Shown here in pieces: positions 48,623-57,958 of a stretch of DNA of 64,000 bases. Numbering within the stretch: the first letter of the stretch is position 1; every line of letters starts with the position of its first letter. Both the position numbers and the translations under genes were made by a program. This DNA comes from Parcubacteria group bacterium CG08_land_8_20_14_0_20_48_21 (lineage in GTDB: Bacteria; Patescibacteriota; Patescibacteriia; UBA1544): the NCBI GenBank assembly GCA_002774425.1, contig PEYJ01000009.1, positions 3,134 to 67,133 of the forward strand, in the 5' to 3' direction. A model generated the notes under the pieces. That model was not told the origin of the DNA. It saw only the letters and a program-made list of their open reading frames with translations, and did not search any database.

Positions 48623-49972
48623 ATGCGCAATCTATCCGAACAGGTACGGAGAAAATTCATAGGTAGCATCATACTGATCGCGGGAATGGGAAGCGCAGCG
48701 ATGATTGGCGCACATACCTACGTCCTTTCATCACTTGCCTCGCGCGTACCTCATGACGCTGCTGCAGTAGTGGTAATGCGCCTTGACCATGAGGAACTTC
48801 GCGAATCCGCCATACGTGCGCTCAACACCTTAGATTTGCACACCATGAGCAGTTTAGTTGCCAGGGCTTCAGAAATTGCCATCGTATGGCCTCCGGAAAA
48901 AGCCCCGGTCGTACTCATTGCTGGAACGTCCTTGCCATATGAGGAAAATTCACAGGCGGATTTTTTTGTGTTATGGCAATGGTCGGAGAGAGATAGATTT
49001 CAGGTTTTGAGCGTCGATTCATCCGCTCTTGCATGGTATGAAGCGCATCGTCCTAGTGGTGTCGCGGCGTTGCCGCGTGTCGTACGGCGTGACCATCAAC
49101 TTAACGGCTATGTGAATCCGCAACATGTTGTTGACCTATTTCCCGATCCCTTGCGCAGCAACATTGCGGTTCTCCCTCGCGGAGAAATAGAGGGCGGTTA
49201 TCATCATGGGTCCTGGCAGGTAGTACTGCGGCCTAAAGTTCGGGGTACGGCGCATGATCTTGCGCACAAGACCGCATCCTATGGTGTGCGAAATATGCTG
49301 CGCATGCGGCAGAGCGGAGATTCTCTTGTCGCAGTTAATCCTTTTACCTTCCAGCTGTCTGGCGGGGCATCAATACCCGGATTTTTTCTTGAGCTTGAAC
49401 CTCTTGCGTTATCTCAAAACCTCTATACCCGCGATATCCAAAACGCGCTTATTCCCCTGCCTGCCGCATCGCCGCTACATGTAACTTTCGCACTTCCGAA
49501 AAATATATTTTCGGATGATCGTGCCGAAATGTTGTTACAAAACATCCGCCTGATGCTCGTTGAAAAATACCCCAAGGAAGTTAATCGCACACTTCCCGAT
49601 GGTAGTGATGCCACACTCACCATCGCCTCTGACAGATTTTTCCCCGTTATAGGCTCCGCAACTACAGGCACTGCAATTTTGCGAAGTACAGAAAGTGATG
49701 AAAGATTGCTTTCCTACGAGAGCTATGGCATTTTTAACGTATTTTCCACGGCAAGAAACGGATTTTCCACGTCAACTTTGGATGTAACCTCGCAAGATTT
49801 TTCGCTACGTAATGCCGATTGCCTATTGCCGACAGAAGATTTTCCCTTCATGCAAGGAAAGATCACAACGATTGCAGGCATCTTTCCCAAGTTATCCACA
49901 TTGCTTGGACAAAGTTTTGAAAATATTACGCTTATTTTAGATAAAAATACGGTTAAGTTGTGCATAACGTAG
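48623..49972 (+). CDS. Membrane-anchored hypothetical protein
   Basis: 449-aa ORF with N-terminal TM; no recognised domain. Confidence 0.6.
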   Translation: MRNLSEQVRRKFIGSIILIAGMGSAAMIGAHTYVLSSLASRVPHDAAAVVVMRLDHEELRESAIRALNTLDLHTMSSLVARASEIAIVWPPEKAPVVLIAGTSLPYEENSQADFFVLWQWSERDRFQVLSVDSSALAWYEAHRPSGVAALPRVVRRDHQLNGYVNPQHVVDLFPDPLRSNIAVLPRGEIEGGYHHGSWQVVLRPKVRGTAHDLAHKTASYGVRNMLRMRQSGDSLVAVNPFTFQLSGGASIPGFFLELEPLALSQNLYTRDIQNALIPLPAASPLHVTFALPKNIFSDDRAEMLLQNIRLMLVEKYPKEVNRTLPDGSDATLTIASDRFFPVIGSATTGTAILRSTESDERLLSYESYGIFNVFSTARNGFSTSTLDVTSQDFSLRNADCLLPTEDFPFMQGKITTIAGIFPKLSTLLGQSFENITLILDKNTVKLCIT

Positions 49973-50095
49973 CAAGCATACATTAAAGAATATTTCTTGT
50001 GCATAACTTGTGTAACAGGTGTAGCAAGCTCGCATCCGCAAATCTTTATAAATAGCCAATATCAGCAAAAATAGTTACGTATGTTGACGAAAATA

Positions 50096-50124
50096 TTGAA
50101 TAAATCCGTATTTCATGCTATGCT
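50096..50124 (+). promoter_or_regulatory. sigma70-type promoter with extended -10
   Basis: TTGAAT-17 nt-TATGCT preceded by TGn. Confidence 0.55.
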
Positions 50125-50129
50125 ACTTA

Positions 50130-50488
50130 CATGATCTTTCATAATCCTTGGAAAAGCTCCAAGGAAAAGCGTTCATAACAGGGTTTTGAATGCTTTTCCC
50201 TTCTCTACTCTTCGTTAAGGGTACGGAAGCCGACCCGGTACCCGCATAAAAAACAAAAATAAAAGTAAAAGGTTGCTTGTAAGAGTAAAAATATTTCTTA
50301 CCGGTAACCATAAGAATGGTAGAGAAGTTGCTTTTCCAGTCGGCAAAAAGCTCTTTGAGTTCTTATTACTCAAAATCTTTGCTGCCGCATGGCAACGTGC
50401 GGTTACAAAGTGAGGTAAGAGCTCTGGGGCGCAATCGGCCTATTTATAAACAAAGGGGCGCAGATTGCGCCCCTTTGTTGTTTTTTGG
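50130..50488 (+). ncRNA. Putative large structured ncRNA of unknown class
   Basis: Seven hairpins, a long-range stem, two loop complementarities, G-U pairs on the + strand, flanking promoter and terminator. Confidence 0.6.
50448..50488 (+). terminator. Strong intrinsic terminator
   Basis: AACAAAGGGGCGCA-GAT-TGCGCCCCTTTGTT then GTTTTTT. Confidence 0.8.
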
Positions 50489-50631
50489 GAAGGGTTGATT
50501 GCTTTTCTGTTTGTGTCTGCTATACTTAAAGAACAGAAATGAGACACAGGAAGTTGGAGGCAAGAGCGTTGCGTGCTCACCCACACCAGTGTTTTGCTTC
50601 TGACCATCAATGTTTTACTTCTCTTAATATT

Positions 50632-50979
50632 ATGGATAAAACTTTTATTAACCATCAGAAAGAAAAGTTGCTTGCAAAGAAAGGCGAGATTGAACGTCTT
50701 TTGAGTTTGCGTTCGGTGCGCGATTCGCATGATACGGCGAATTTTGACCCGTTGTTTCCTGACTATGGCGACAAGGAAGAGGACAATGCCGAAGAGGTGG
50801 TGCAATTTGAAAAAAATATTGCCGTGGACGGGTATCTTGAAGAATCGCTCAAGGCGGTGAATGCCGCGCTTGTACGTATTACGGATGGGACGTATGGCAT
50901 CTGCACGGTTACCGGAAAACCTATACCTCAACAACGTTTGGAAGCCATGCCCGAAGCGGCGACCATCGCCGGAGTATAA
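50632..50979 (+). CDS. TraR/DksA-family regulator, zinc finger degenerate
   Basis: Coiled coil with DYGDKEEDNA tip, ALVRITDGTYGICTVTGKPIPQQRLEAMPEA. Confidence 0.85.
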   Translation: MDKTFINHQKEKLLAKKGEIERLLSLRSVRDSHDTANFDPLFPDYGDKEEDNAEEVVQFEKNIAVDGYLEESLKAVNAALVRITDGTYGICTVTGKPIPQQRLEAMPEAATIAGV

Positions 50980-50982
50980 CGT

Positions 50983-51456
50983 ATGCGGCCGAGCATTTTT
51001 TACACAGCGCTCTTCGCAACGCTTTTTTTTATTGATCAGGCGGTAAAATATTTACTGACCAGCACCACGCCGCAAGACGCTTTACGCCAGGTGTTTCCTT
51101 TTTTTTCCCTGACCAGCACACTCAATCAAGGTGTAGCATTCGGTTTCGTGCTGGCGGTGCCTCTCTATGGAGTTTTAGTGAGTTGTGTTGTATTGGGATT
51201 TGTGTATCTGTGGCACTCCTATGCCATTCCCCTTGTGCGCGTAGGTGTCATAAGTATTACCGCGGGTGGCGTGAGTAATATGCTTGACCGTTTGCGCTTT
51301 GGCGGTATTCGCGATGTACTGTATATTCATGGCTTTACGGTTTTTAATTGTGCGGATATTTGGATTATCTACGGGGTTGGTGTGATTACGTATGTATTGT
51401 TCGCGCAGAGGATTTTTATAAAAAAAACCGCAGCGAAAGTGCCACTGCGGCAGTAA
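50983..51456 (+). CDS. lspA: Lipoprotein signal peptidase II
   Basis: IDQAVK, NQGVAFG, SNMLDR, VFNCAD. Confidence 0.88.
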   Translation: MRPSIFYTALFATLFFIDQAVKYLLTSTTPQDALRQVFPFFSLTSTLNQGVAFGFVLAVPLYGVLVSCVVLGFVYLWHSYAIPLVRVGVISITAGGVSNMLDRLRFGGIRDVLYIHGFTVFNCADIWIIYGVGVITYVLFAQRIFIKKTAAKVPLRQ

Positions 51457-51780
51457 AGAACAAAGACGTATGCATGGCGCACGCGGCGGCGGGGCGGAGC
51501 GGCAGTTTCGCTCAAAGAAATTTCGCGCAAAGTTTAGAATATCCCAGTAAAATTCCTTGGCATTGTATTCGCCTTCTCCCAAAAACCGCACCCGAAGTAT
51601 TGCGGGAGTGTTGCGCTCATCCCAGCCGCATTTGTGCGCCGAACACTCCTTGGCAAGAACTTTCTCAAGTTCTGCAAGCGACGCAACGACTACTCCCTGT
51701 TGTTCGAGCTGCAAAAGAAATTCCGCGCTTGTCGACGCGGAGGCAGAGATGGATAGTGTGGAAAATTCCAAGACTTTCAT
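51175..51780 (-). CDS. Hypothetical protein coupled to the upstream hydrolase; 3' part overlaps lspA antisense
   Basis: ATGA start/stop overlap with the 51777 gene; the first ~100 aa fill an otherwise empty gap. Confidence 0.35.
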   Translation of the reverse strand: MKVLEFSTLSISASASTSAEFLLQLEQQGVVVASLAELEKVLAKECSAHKCGWDERNTPAILRVRFLGEGEYNAKEFYWDILNFARNFFERNCRSAPPPRAPCIRLCSLLPQWHFRCGFFYKNPLREQYIRNHTNPVDNPNIRTIKNRKAMNIQYIANTAKAQTVKHITHATRGNTYDTYAHKGNGIGVPQIHKSQYNTTH

Positions 51781-52913
51781 AAACCGCCTGAAGCCGGTAT
51801 CTTTATGCGCTCAAGCGCATCGCGGGTATATACGTTTGACGGGTCCCAGAGCATCCACGAAGTGAGTCCCGCATCATAGACGGCGCGTATTTGTGCGCGG
51901 ACTTCTTTTGCCGCATAAATTCCGCCGTAATTGAAATTTTGCAGCCATGGGCGGAGTTTTGTTGATGGAGCGGGTATCTTGGCAAGCCGTGCGGCCGCGG
52001 TACGCATGGAATAGTGTACCACCCCGTATGGATAGTGGTTGGGATTGTCATATCCGTGGAATGTTCGCGGATAGTGCGAGGGGTACACCATAGGAGCGAT
52101 GTAATCAAAATACGGCTCGGCATATTCCAATATCTGTCCGATATTGAGATCATCGCTATTGGTGGTCGTCATGCCGAAAAGATCAACCGAGAGTGGCACT
52201 CTAAGATCGCGTACATGTTCCGCAAGATACGCGAAAAAGTCTCGCAGGACGGTTGCTTTGCCGTATGCAGGATCGGCGGCAATCTTTTTTCCACTGAAGG
52301 GGTAGTGCGTATCCTTTATGTTGCCGTCCGAATGGAAACGGACATAGTCAAAGTTAAGTTCATCAAAGCCGATTGCATACGATTCACGCGAGAGCGTCAC
52401 TATATACTCCCAAAAATTGCTCGCGCCGACGTCAATGTACTGTATGTCTTTATAATCCTTCCACGGCGCAGCTCTGTCGCTCGCTTTTTTCACCGTGAGT
52501 TCCGGGTGCACTTTTGCGTAGTGCGTGTCCTGAAACACGGTGATGCGTCCTATGACATAGATGTCCTTTTGATGCAGGAATTCAATAAACTCCTTGAGAT
52601 CGGATGCCACGCACCCCGATACGCTACGTTGCATGAGCGCGGGATTATCAGACCGGAATGTGATGGTTCCCGAATAGTCTTTTATATCAATCACCAGCGC
52701 ATTGATTTCCGTATCATCGGCAAGCGCAACAATGCGATTGCGCAAACGCGGTGTTGCCGCGACACAGCTCGTCATGTAGAGCGCTTTTACCGAATTCGGT
52801 ATGCCCATATGACCGACGGGTGAAGGATGGGTATGAGCACACTCATTACATTCCTGTGCCACAGCCGTTGCGGTCAGACCGATACATAAGATAACCAACC
52901 AGTGCATCTTCAT
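51777..52913 (-). CDS. Secreted putative glycoside hydrolase (DUF4015-like)
   Basis: Signal peptide, NALVIDIKD, GFDELNFDYVRF, PMVYPSHY, RPWLQ; GGAGG ribosome-binding site. Confidence 0.8.
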   Translation of the reverse strand: MKMHWLVILCIGLTATAVAQECNECAHTHPSPVGHMGIPNSVKALYMTSCVAATPRLRNRIVALADDTEINALVIDIKDYSGTITFRSDNPALMQRSVSGCVASDLKEFIEFLHQKDIYVIGRITVFQDTHYAKVHPELTVKKASDRAAPWKDYKDIQYIDVGASNFWEYIVTLSRESYAIGFDELNFDYVRFHSDGNIKDTHYPFSGKKIAADPAYGKATVLRDFFAYLAEHVRDLRVPLSVDLFGMTTTNSDDLNIGQILEYAEPYFDYIAPMVYPSHYPRTFHGYDNPNHYPYGVVHYSMRTAAARLAKIPAPSTKLRPWLQNFNYGGIYAAKEVRAQIRAVYDAGLTSWMLWDPSNVYTRDALERIKIPASGGL

Positions 52914-53168
52914 AATTGTCCTCCACGATGATAGAATTGTTAAAGAACACCTCTCGTTTTCTGCTTTCTGCGGGGAACAGCGCAGTAGCATATCACAACG
53001 GCAGAGAAAAGCAATGCACGCTTCTCACTCATGCGCTATAACCTTCTTTCTCGCCGGCGGGTCATTTTTATGGAGAGTAAAACTTGCTTCCTTGCGGTTT
53101 ACCCTGTAGGGTAGATGTGGACGAAGACTCGGAGATTTTGTTACCCTTATATCTCGCAAGTTGTTTGT

Positions 53169-54722
53169 ATGCCCTCAACCAAACTCTATTCCGCAACCGC
53201 TTTCGGATTGGAAGCGTCGCTCATAGAAGTGGAGTGTGATATTGCCGAAGGACTCGGCAATTTTCTTATCGTCGGCTTACCCGATACGGCGGTGCAGGAA
53301 TCGCGGGAGCGGGTGCGCGCTGCGATTAAGAACAGTGGATTTACGTTTCCCCGCACGCGTATTACGGTCAATCTTGCGCCGGCGGATATGAAAAAACAAG
53401 GTCCTGCGTATGATCTTCCCATTGCGCTATCCATTTTGGCGGCTTCAGGACAAGTAGATATACATAGGACTTTTTTTGATGCCCGAGGAAACGTTATGGC
53501 GTTGTGCATCGGTGAACTTTCCTTGGACGGGTCGGTGCGCCCGGTTGCTGGCGCGCTGCTCTTCGCATTACTTGCGAAGGATATGGGTTTAACAACACTC
53601 TTTGTTCCCGAAGATAATGCGCAGGAAGCCGCATTGGTACAAGGTCTTGTAGCACTGCCCGTTACGCATCTTTCCCAGCTTGTGAGCCATATTGATAACC
53701 GCTCGTTTATTTCCCCGGCCATACCTACTGATCCGGTTCTTGAAGCCAGCGGCAATGGAAATTTGTATGATTTTGCGTACATCCGGGGACAGGAACAGGC
53801 AAAGCGAGCGCTGGAAATTACCGCAGCAGGTGGACACAATATCCTACTTTCCGGAACGCCCGGTTCGGGTAAAACGCTGCTGGCGCGGAGCCTTCCGAGC
53901 ATTCTGCCCTCGCTGCACATGGAAGAAGCCTTGGATGTTACGAAAATTGCAAGTGTGTCAGGAACGTTGCCACCCCGCACGGCGTTAGTGCGCAATCGAC
54001 CTTTTCGCAATCCGCATCATACGGCCTCACTGGTTGCATTGGTTGGCGGCGGTAGCTGGCCAAAGCCCGGTGAAGTGAGTATGGCGCATCGCGGCGTGTT
54101 GTTTCTGGATGAGTTTCCCGAATTTGCGCGGGCGGCATTGGAGGGTTTGCGCCAACCGCTTGAGGATGGTATGGTAACGGTTTCCCGCGCATCGGGAACC
54201 CTTGCTTTTCCCGCAAAATTTATGCTGGTTGCCGCGCAAAACCCTTGCCCATGCGGGTATCTTACGGATCCGGATCGCGCGTGTGTCTGCCCGCCGCATG
54301 CGGTCAGCAACTACCATAAAAAACTTTCAGGGCCGCTGCTTGACCGGATTGATATCTTTATAGAAGTGCCGCGTGTACCCGTAAGCGAACTACTTGATGT
54401 GTATGAGGGAGAAACATCGGCTGCAATACGCCTGCGTGTTGAACGCGCGCGCAGTATACAGGCGGATCGCTTCAGGGAGTATGGCATACTGACCAATGCC
54501 GAAATGTCTTCAAAAGCTGTAGCGGACTACTGTCTACTGACGCCTTCCACAAAATCCATGCTTGAACATGCCATTGTGCACATGAAGCTTTCCGCACGCG
54601 CCTATTTTCGCACGCTCAAAGTTGCGCGAACTATCGCAGACCTTGCGGCAAGCGCGCGCGTGCTGGATGCGCATGTGCAAGAAGCCTTGCAGTATCGGCA
54701 GCGCGAGCAACCTATCTGGTAA
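53169..54722 (+). CDS. comM: YifB/ComM Mg-chelatase-like AAA ATPase
   Basis: VGLPDTAVQESRERV, GTPGSGKT, AHRGVLFLDE, NPCPCG. Confidence 0.93.
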   Translation: MPSTKLYSATAFGLEASLIEVECDIAEGLGNFLIVGLPDTAVQESRERVRAAIKNSGFTFPRTRITVNLAPADMKKQGPAYDLPIALSILAASGQVDIHRTFFDARGNVMALCIGELSLDGSVRPVAGALLFALLAKDMGLTTLFVPEDNAQEAALVQGLVALPVTHLSQLVSHIDNRSFISPAIPTDPVLEASGNGNLYDFAYIRGQEQAKRALEITAAGGHNILLSGTPGSGKTLLARSLPSILPSLHMEEALDVTKIASVSGTLPPRTALVRNRPFRNPHHTASLVALVGGGSWPKPGEVSMAHRGVLFLDEFPEFARAALEGLRQPLEDGMVTVSRASGTLAFPAKFMLVAAQNPCPCGYLTDPDRACVCPPHAVSNYHKKLSGPLLDRIDIFIEVPRVPVSELLDVYEGETSAAIRLRVERARSIQADRFREYGILTNAEMSSKAVADYCLLTPSTKSMLEHAIVHMKLSARAYFRTLKVARTIADLAASARVLDAHVQEALQYRQREQPIW

Positions 54723-54733
54723 GTACCTCCCCT

Positions 54734-55489
54734 ATGCCCCTTGCCTTAAGCGTTATTATTCCAGCGTACAACGAGTCCAAAAGAATCGGCGATACACTGC
54801 GGGACGTGCACGCATATTTGGAGAAATCCTATTTGGACCGCTATGAGATAGTGGTGGTTGATGATGGGTCAACGGATGCGACATGTGCTGTTGTACGGCA
54901 GATGGCGACTATATATTCCACGGTCATGCTGGTAGCGTCTTTGCAGAACCGAGGAAAAGGTGCGGCGGTTGCACAAGGCATGCTTGCGGCACAGGGGGAC
55001 GTGCGGCTTTTTATGGATGCGGACAATGCGACAACTATCCGCGAGCTTGAAAAACTCTCCCCTTTTCTTGCGCAAGGGTATGCGGTTATTGCTGGGTCAA
55101 GGGCACTACCTGAAAGTGTGCTCTTGCGCCACCAGCCTCGCCTGCGTGAATATATCGGTCGCATGGGCAATTGGGTTATTCAACGGCTCCTTGTAGGGGG
55201 TATTGAAGACACGCAATGTGGTTTTAAAATTTTTAGCCGAGAGGCTGCCGAAAAAATATTTAGCAACTTACGCACGCATAGATGGGCGTTTGATGTGGAA
55301 GCTCTCATGCGTGCCAATGCTTACGGATTTCGTATCAAAGAGGTTCCGGTTGTATGGCAAGATTCCGCACAAGACAGCAAGATGGCGCATATCAGGAGCT
55401 ATCTCTCCATGGCACACGAGCTTGTGTGCCTGTTGCCGCTGCGCCTCCGGCTTGTAACACAACAACCACATCGTCGCTATGCAGCATGA
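54734..55489 (+). CDS. GT2 dolichyl-phosphate beta-glucosyltransferase-like protein
   Basis: IIPAYNE, VDDGSTD, NRGKG, DAD, DTQCGFK. Confidence 0.9.
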   Translation: MPLALSVIIPAYNESKRIGDTLRDVHAYLEKSYLDRYEIVVVDDGSTDATCAVVRQMATIYSTVMLVASLQNRGKGAAVAQGMLAAQGDVRLFMDADNATTIRELEKLSPFLAQGYAVIAGSRALPESVLLRHQPRLREYIGRMGNWVIQRLLVGGIEDTQCGFKIFSREAAEKIFSNLRTHRWAFDVEALMRANAYGFRIKEVPVVWQDSAQDSKMAHIRSYLSMAHELVCLLPLRLRLVTQQPHRRYAA

Positions 55490-56408
55490 CGAACGCCAAC
55501 CCGCAGTTCAACTTATTTACGATCTCTTGAAAATACCGCTCACTATCGGAGGGTCTGCGCTGTTTTTTTGGATTTTTGCGCGCCCGCAATTGGTAGCCTA
55601 CGTATTTGGCCTGGGTTTCGGTATTATCGTATGCATGCTATTTTTTACTGCCACCGCATATCTGGAGCAGGGGTGGAAGCATCGGCGCATGTGGCAGGTG
55701 CACGAAGGTCTTGAGCAGCCGTATCAAAACTGCAAGAATGATGTTTCCGGCTATTTTTTTGCGATTGTGGTGCTCGTAACCCCGTTGTTTTTTGGCACAG
55801 AGGTTGTGCTGTCTGACTATCTGCAAGCAGGTTCCGCATTTGCGGTGTTCCTGCTCATACGTGCATCTTTTACCTCATCATTCATATGGCAGACTTATCG
55901 CGCGCAGGCACTTACAGCGCTCATGATACTCGCGGTACCTCTGCTCGCAGGTGAGACGCTCTCCTTGAGTGACTTGTGCCAGGCAGCCGCATCACTTCCG
56001 CCCCTATTTATGGTGCAACGTTGTTTTGTGCGCAAAGGTTTTACCGGTGTGCGTGCGACGCCGCGGATTATCGTAGCGTGTGCGAGAAATGAAATAGGCA
56101 TTCTACTCGCTGCATCCACGGCGCTCCTGCCAATCTTTTTTAAAGAGCCGGAAGCGCTTTCCCTGCATCTCATCCAGGGCATGGTAGCGCTCGGCGCGTT
56201 TTATATCATAGCGTACGGGTATGCGTACGTTGCCTTTTGTCGAGGATTTGCAGGCATTGCTGTTGCCGCAGCAAGCATTTTCCTCACCCCCTTTGTGTTT
56301 GGGTGGTTGCCATCACTCGTAACGTTACTCCAGGCGGCAGTGGTTGCCGTGGTGCTTATCGGCTTACAGCGTTGCCTATCGTACGGCGCGCCGAACGAAG
56401 AAACATAA
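55479..56408 (+). CDS. Polytopic membrane protein of unknown function
   Basis: 309 aa, many hydrophobic segments, overlaps the upstream stop. Confidence 0.55.
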   Translation: MQHDERQPAVQLIYDLLKIPLTIGGSALFFWIFARPQLVAYVFGLGFGIIVCMLFFTATAYLEQGWKHRRMWQVHEGLEQPYQNCKNDVSGYFFAIVVLVTPLFFGTEVVLSDYLQAGSAFAVFLLIRASFTSSFIWQTYRAQALTALMILAVPLLAGETLSLSDLCQAAASLPPLFMVQRCFVRKGFTGVRATPRIIVACARNEIGILLAASTALLPIFFKEPEALSLHLIQGMVALGAFYIIAYGYAYVAFCRGFAGIAVAAASIFLTPFVFGWLPSLVTLLQAAVVAVVLIGLQRCLSYGAPNEET

Positions 56409-56439
56409 CCGCAATTCTCTGTCCGTAAGTTGTTGGTGA

Positions 56440-57771
56440 TTAGCGTATGTAGTTGAGCGGATTGATGCGCTGACCGTTCAGCATTACTTCAAAGTGCAAA
56501 TGACTTCCGGTGGAACGACCGGTTGAACCCATGATGCCAACGGTTTGCCCTTTGGCAACCGGCTCTCCTTTTTCTACCCAGAGCTTGCTTAGGTGCGCAT
56601 AGCGCGTGATGATACCGTTGCCGTGCTCAATGAGCACCTGAATCCCGTAGCCGCTCGCATTCCATCCGGAGGCAATCACTGTACCACTCTCTGCCGCATA
56701 TATGGGCGAGGTAAGATTGCCGTCAATATCCAGACCCCCATGTTGCCAGCCGTAATACTGGGTAATGACATGCCCGGAAGTAGGCCAAATCATACCAGAA
56801 ATTGTGGCATTCGTCGCACTCTTGGGAATAAGTCGTTCCACGATGCGCTCAACTGTTGTCTTTTGCGGTGTAGGCGTGGGTACCGGAGTAAATGGTTTGC
56901 GTCCCCCTGGTAAGAAGAGTTTTTGTCCTATTTGCAGGTCATCGGCATCCGCCAGCCGGTTTGTTCGGATAATTTTTGCGCTGTCCCCATCATACTGCCG
57001 GGCAATCTTGTCCAGCGAATCTCCCGCTTTCACCGTATGCCGTATGCCGGTTTCGGGTAAAATGCGCAGTACATCACCGGGGCGTATGTAGTCATACGCA
57101 CCCAAATTATTTTCCCACAGTATGGTATTCACCGAGATGCCAAAATTTTCCGCAAGTATTGAAATGGTATCGCCGATCTCTACAGTGTAATCAACAATGT
57201 CCGTGCGTTTCCCAGATGTAGTTTTTTCCATGCTGGGCATTTCTGATTTCAGCACAGCCGTATTATCCTGCGTGGTACCGATTAACTGGGCTTTTTCCAG
57301 CAAGTATTCTTCTGCAAACGCTTCTTGCGAAGTTAGCGGTACGGTTGCGGTAATTGCCGTTTCATTGCTGAAGTAGTTCACTACCCCCGTATCGGGCAGA
57401 TACGCGCTCATTTCCTGGACTGTTTCCGTTTCCATTTCTTCCGGCTGTACTAGTTCTGCAAGCAAACTTTTTTTGCCGAAAGACTCAACATCTACCCGCG
57501 TTTCCTGTGCCTGCAGATTTGCGGCGATGACAAAACCGCCGAGCATGATAAAAATTATGTACAGAAGCGATCGCTTGCCTATGATCACGCCAATCGCTTC
57601 ATCGCCAACAAAAAAACGTCTTAGCAGCATTTCACAAAAGCGCAGCGAACGGTAGAAAGGTACGCCAAGGTAGGCAAGAAAATTTTTGAGCACCGCGCGC
57701 AAGCCGTGTTGGTAGAAAAAAAGCGCTACGGCAACCGCCGAACGCTTGATGAAAATAAGCGATCGAAACAT
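56440..57771 (-). CDS. M23 peptidase with two LysM domains
   Basis: YTVEIGDTIS, HTVKAGDSL, HGGLD, YAHL, HLHFE. Confidence 0.92.
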   Translation of the reverse strand: MFRSLIFIKRSAVAVALFFYQHGLRAVLKNFLAYLGVPFYRSLRFCEMLLRRFFVGDEAIGVIIGKRSLLYIIFIMLGGFVIAANLQAQETRVDVESFGKKSLLAELVQPEEMETETVQEMSAYLPDTGVVNYFSNETAITATVPLTSQEAFAEEYLLEKAQLIGTTQDNTAVLKSEMPSMEKTTSGKRTDIVDYTVEIGDTISILAENFGISVNTILWENNLGAYDYIRPGDVLRILPETGIRHTVKAGDSLDKIARQYDGDSAKIIRTNRLADADDLQIGQKLFLPGGRKPFTPVPTPTPQKTTVERIVERLIPKSATNATISGMIWPTSGHVITQYYGWQHGGLDIDGNLTSPIYAAESGTVIASGWNASGYGIQVLIEHGNGIITRYAHLSKLWVEKGEPVAKGQTVGIMGSTGRSTGSHLHFEVMLNGQRINPLNYIR

Positions 57772-57958
57772 CGCTATAATGCTCTTCAGGAAAAATTGCG
57801 TAAGAGAATACCGAATAGCGCGGAGTGCGTATGCCGCAACAGCATGTAGTCCGCAAGAAAGCGGTAAAAACATGTAGTACGGCTTTGCATATTTACGCAA
57901 CATACGATATCATGAAGCACAGAGTATGTCAATCTGTACCTATCCACGCACGCTTTAT

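Noticed and set aside
50130-50488. tmRNA, T-box, group II intron or retron/omega-RNA identity for the structured RNA
   Set aside because: No tRNA-like ends, no T-box GGTGGTACC, H7 too short for domain V, and no RT, IscB or TnpB gene nearby
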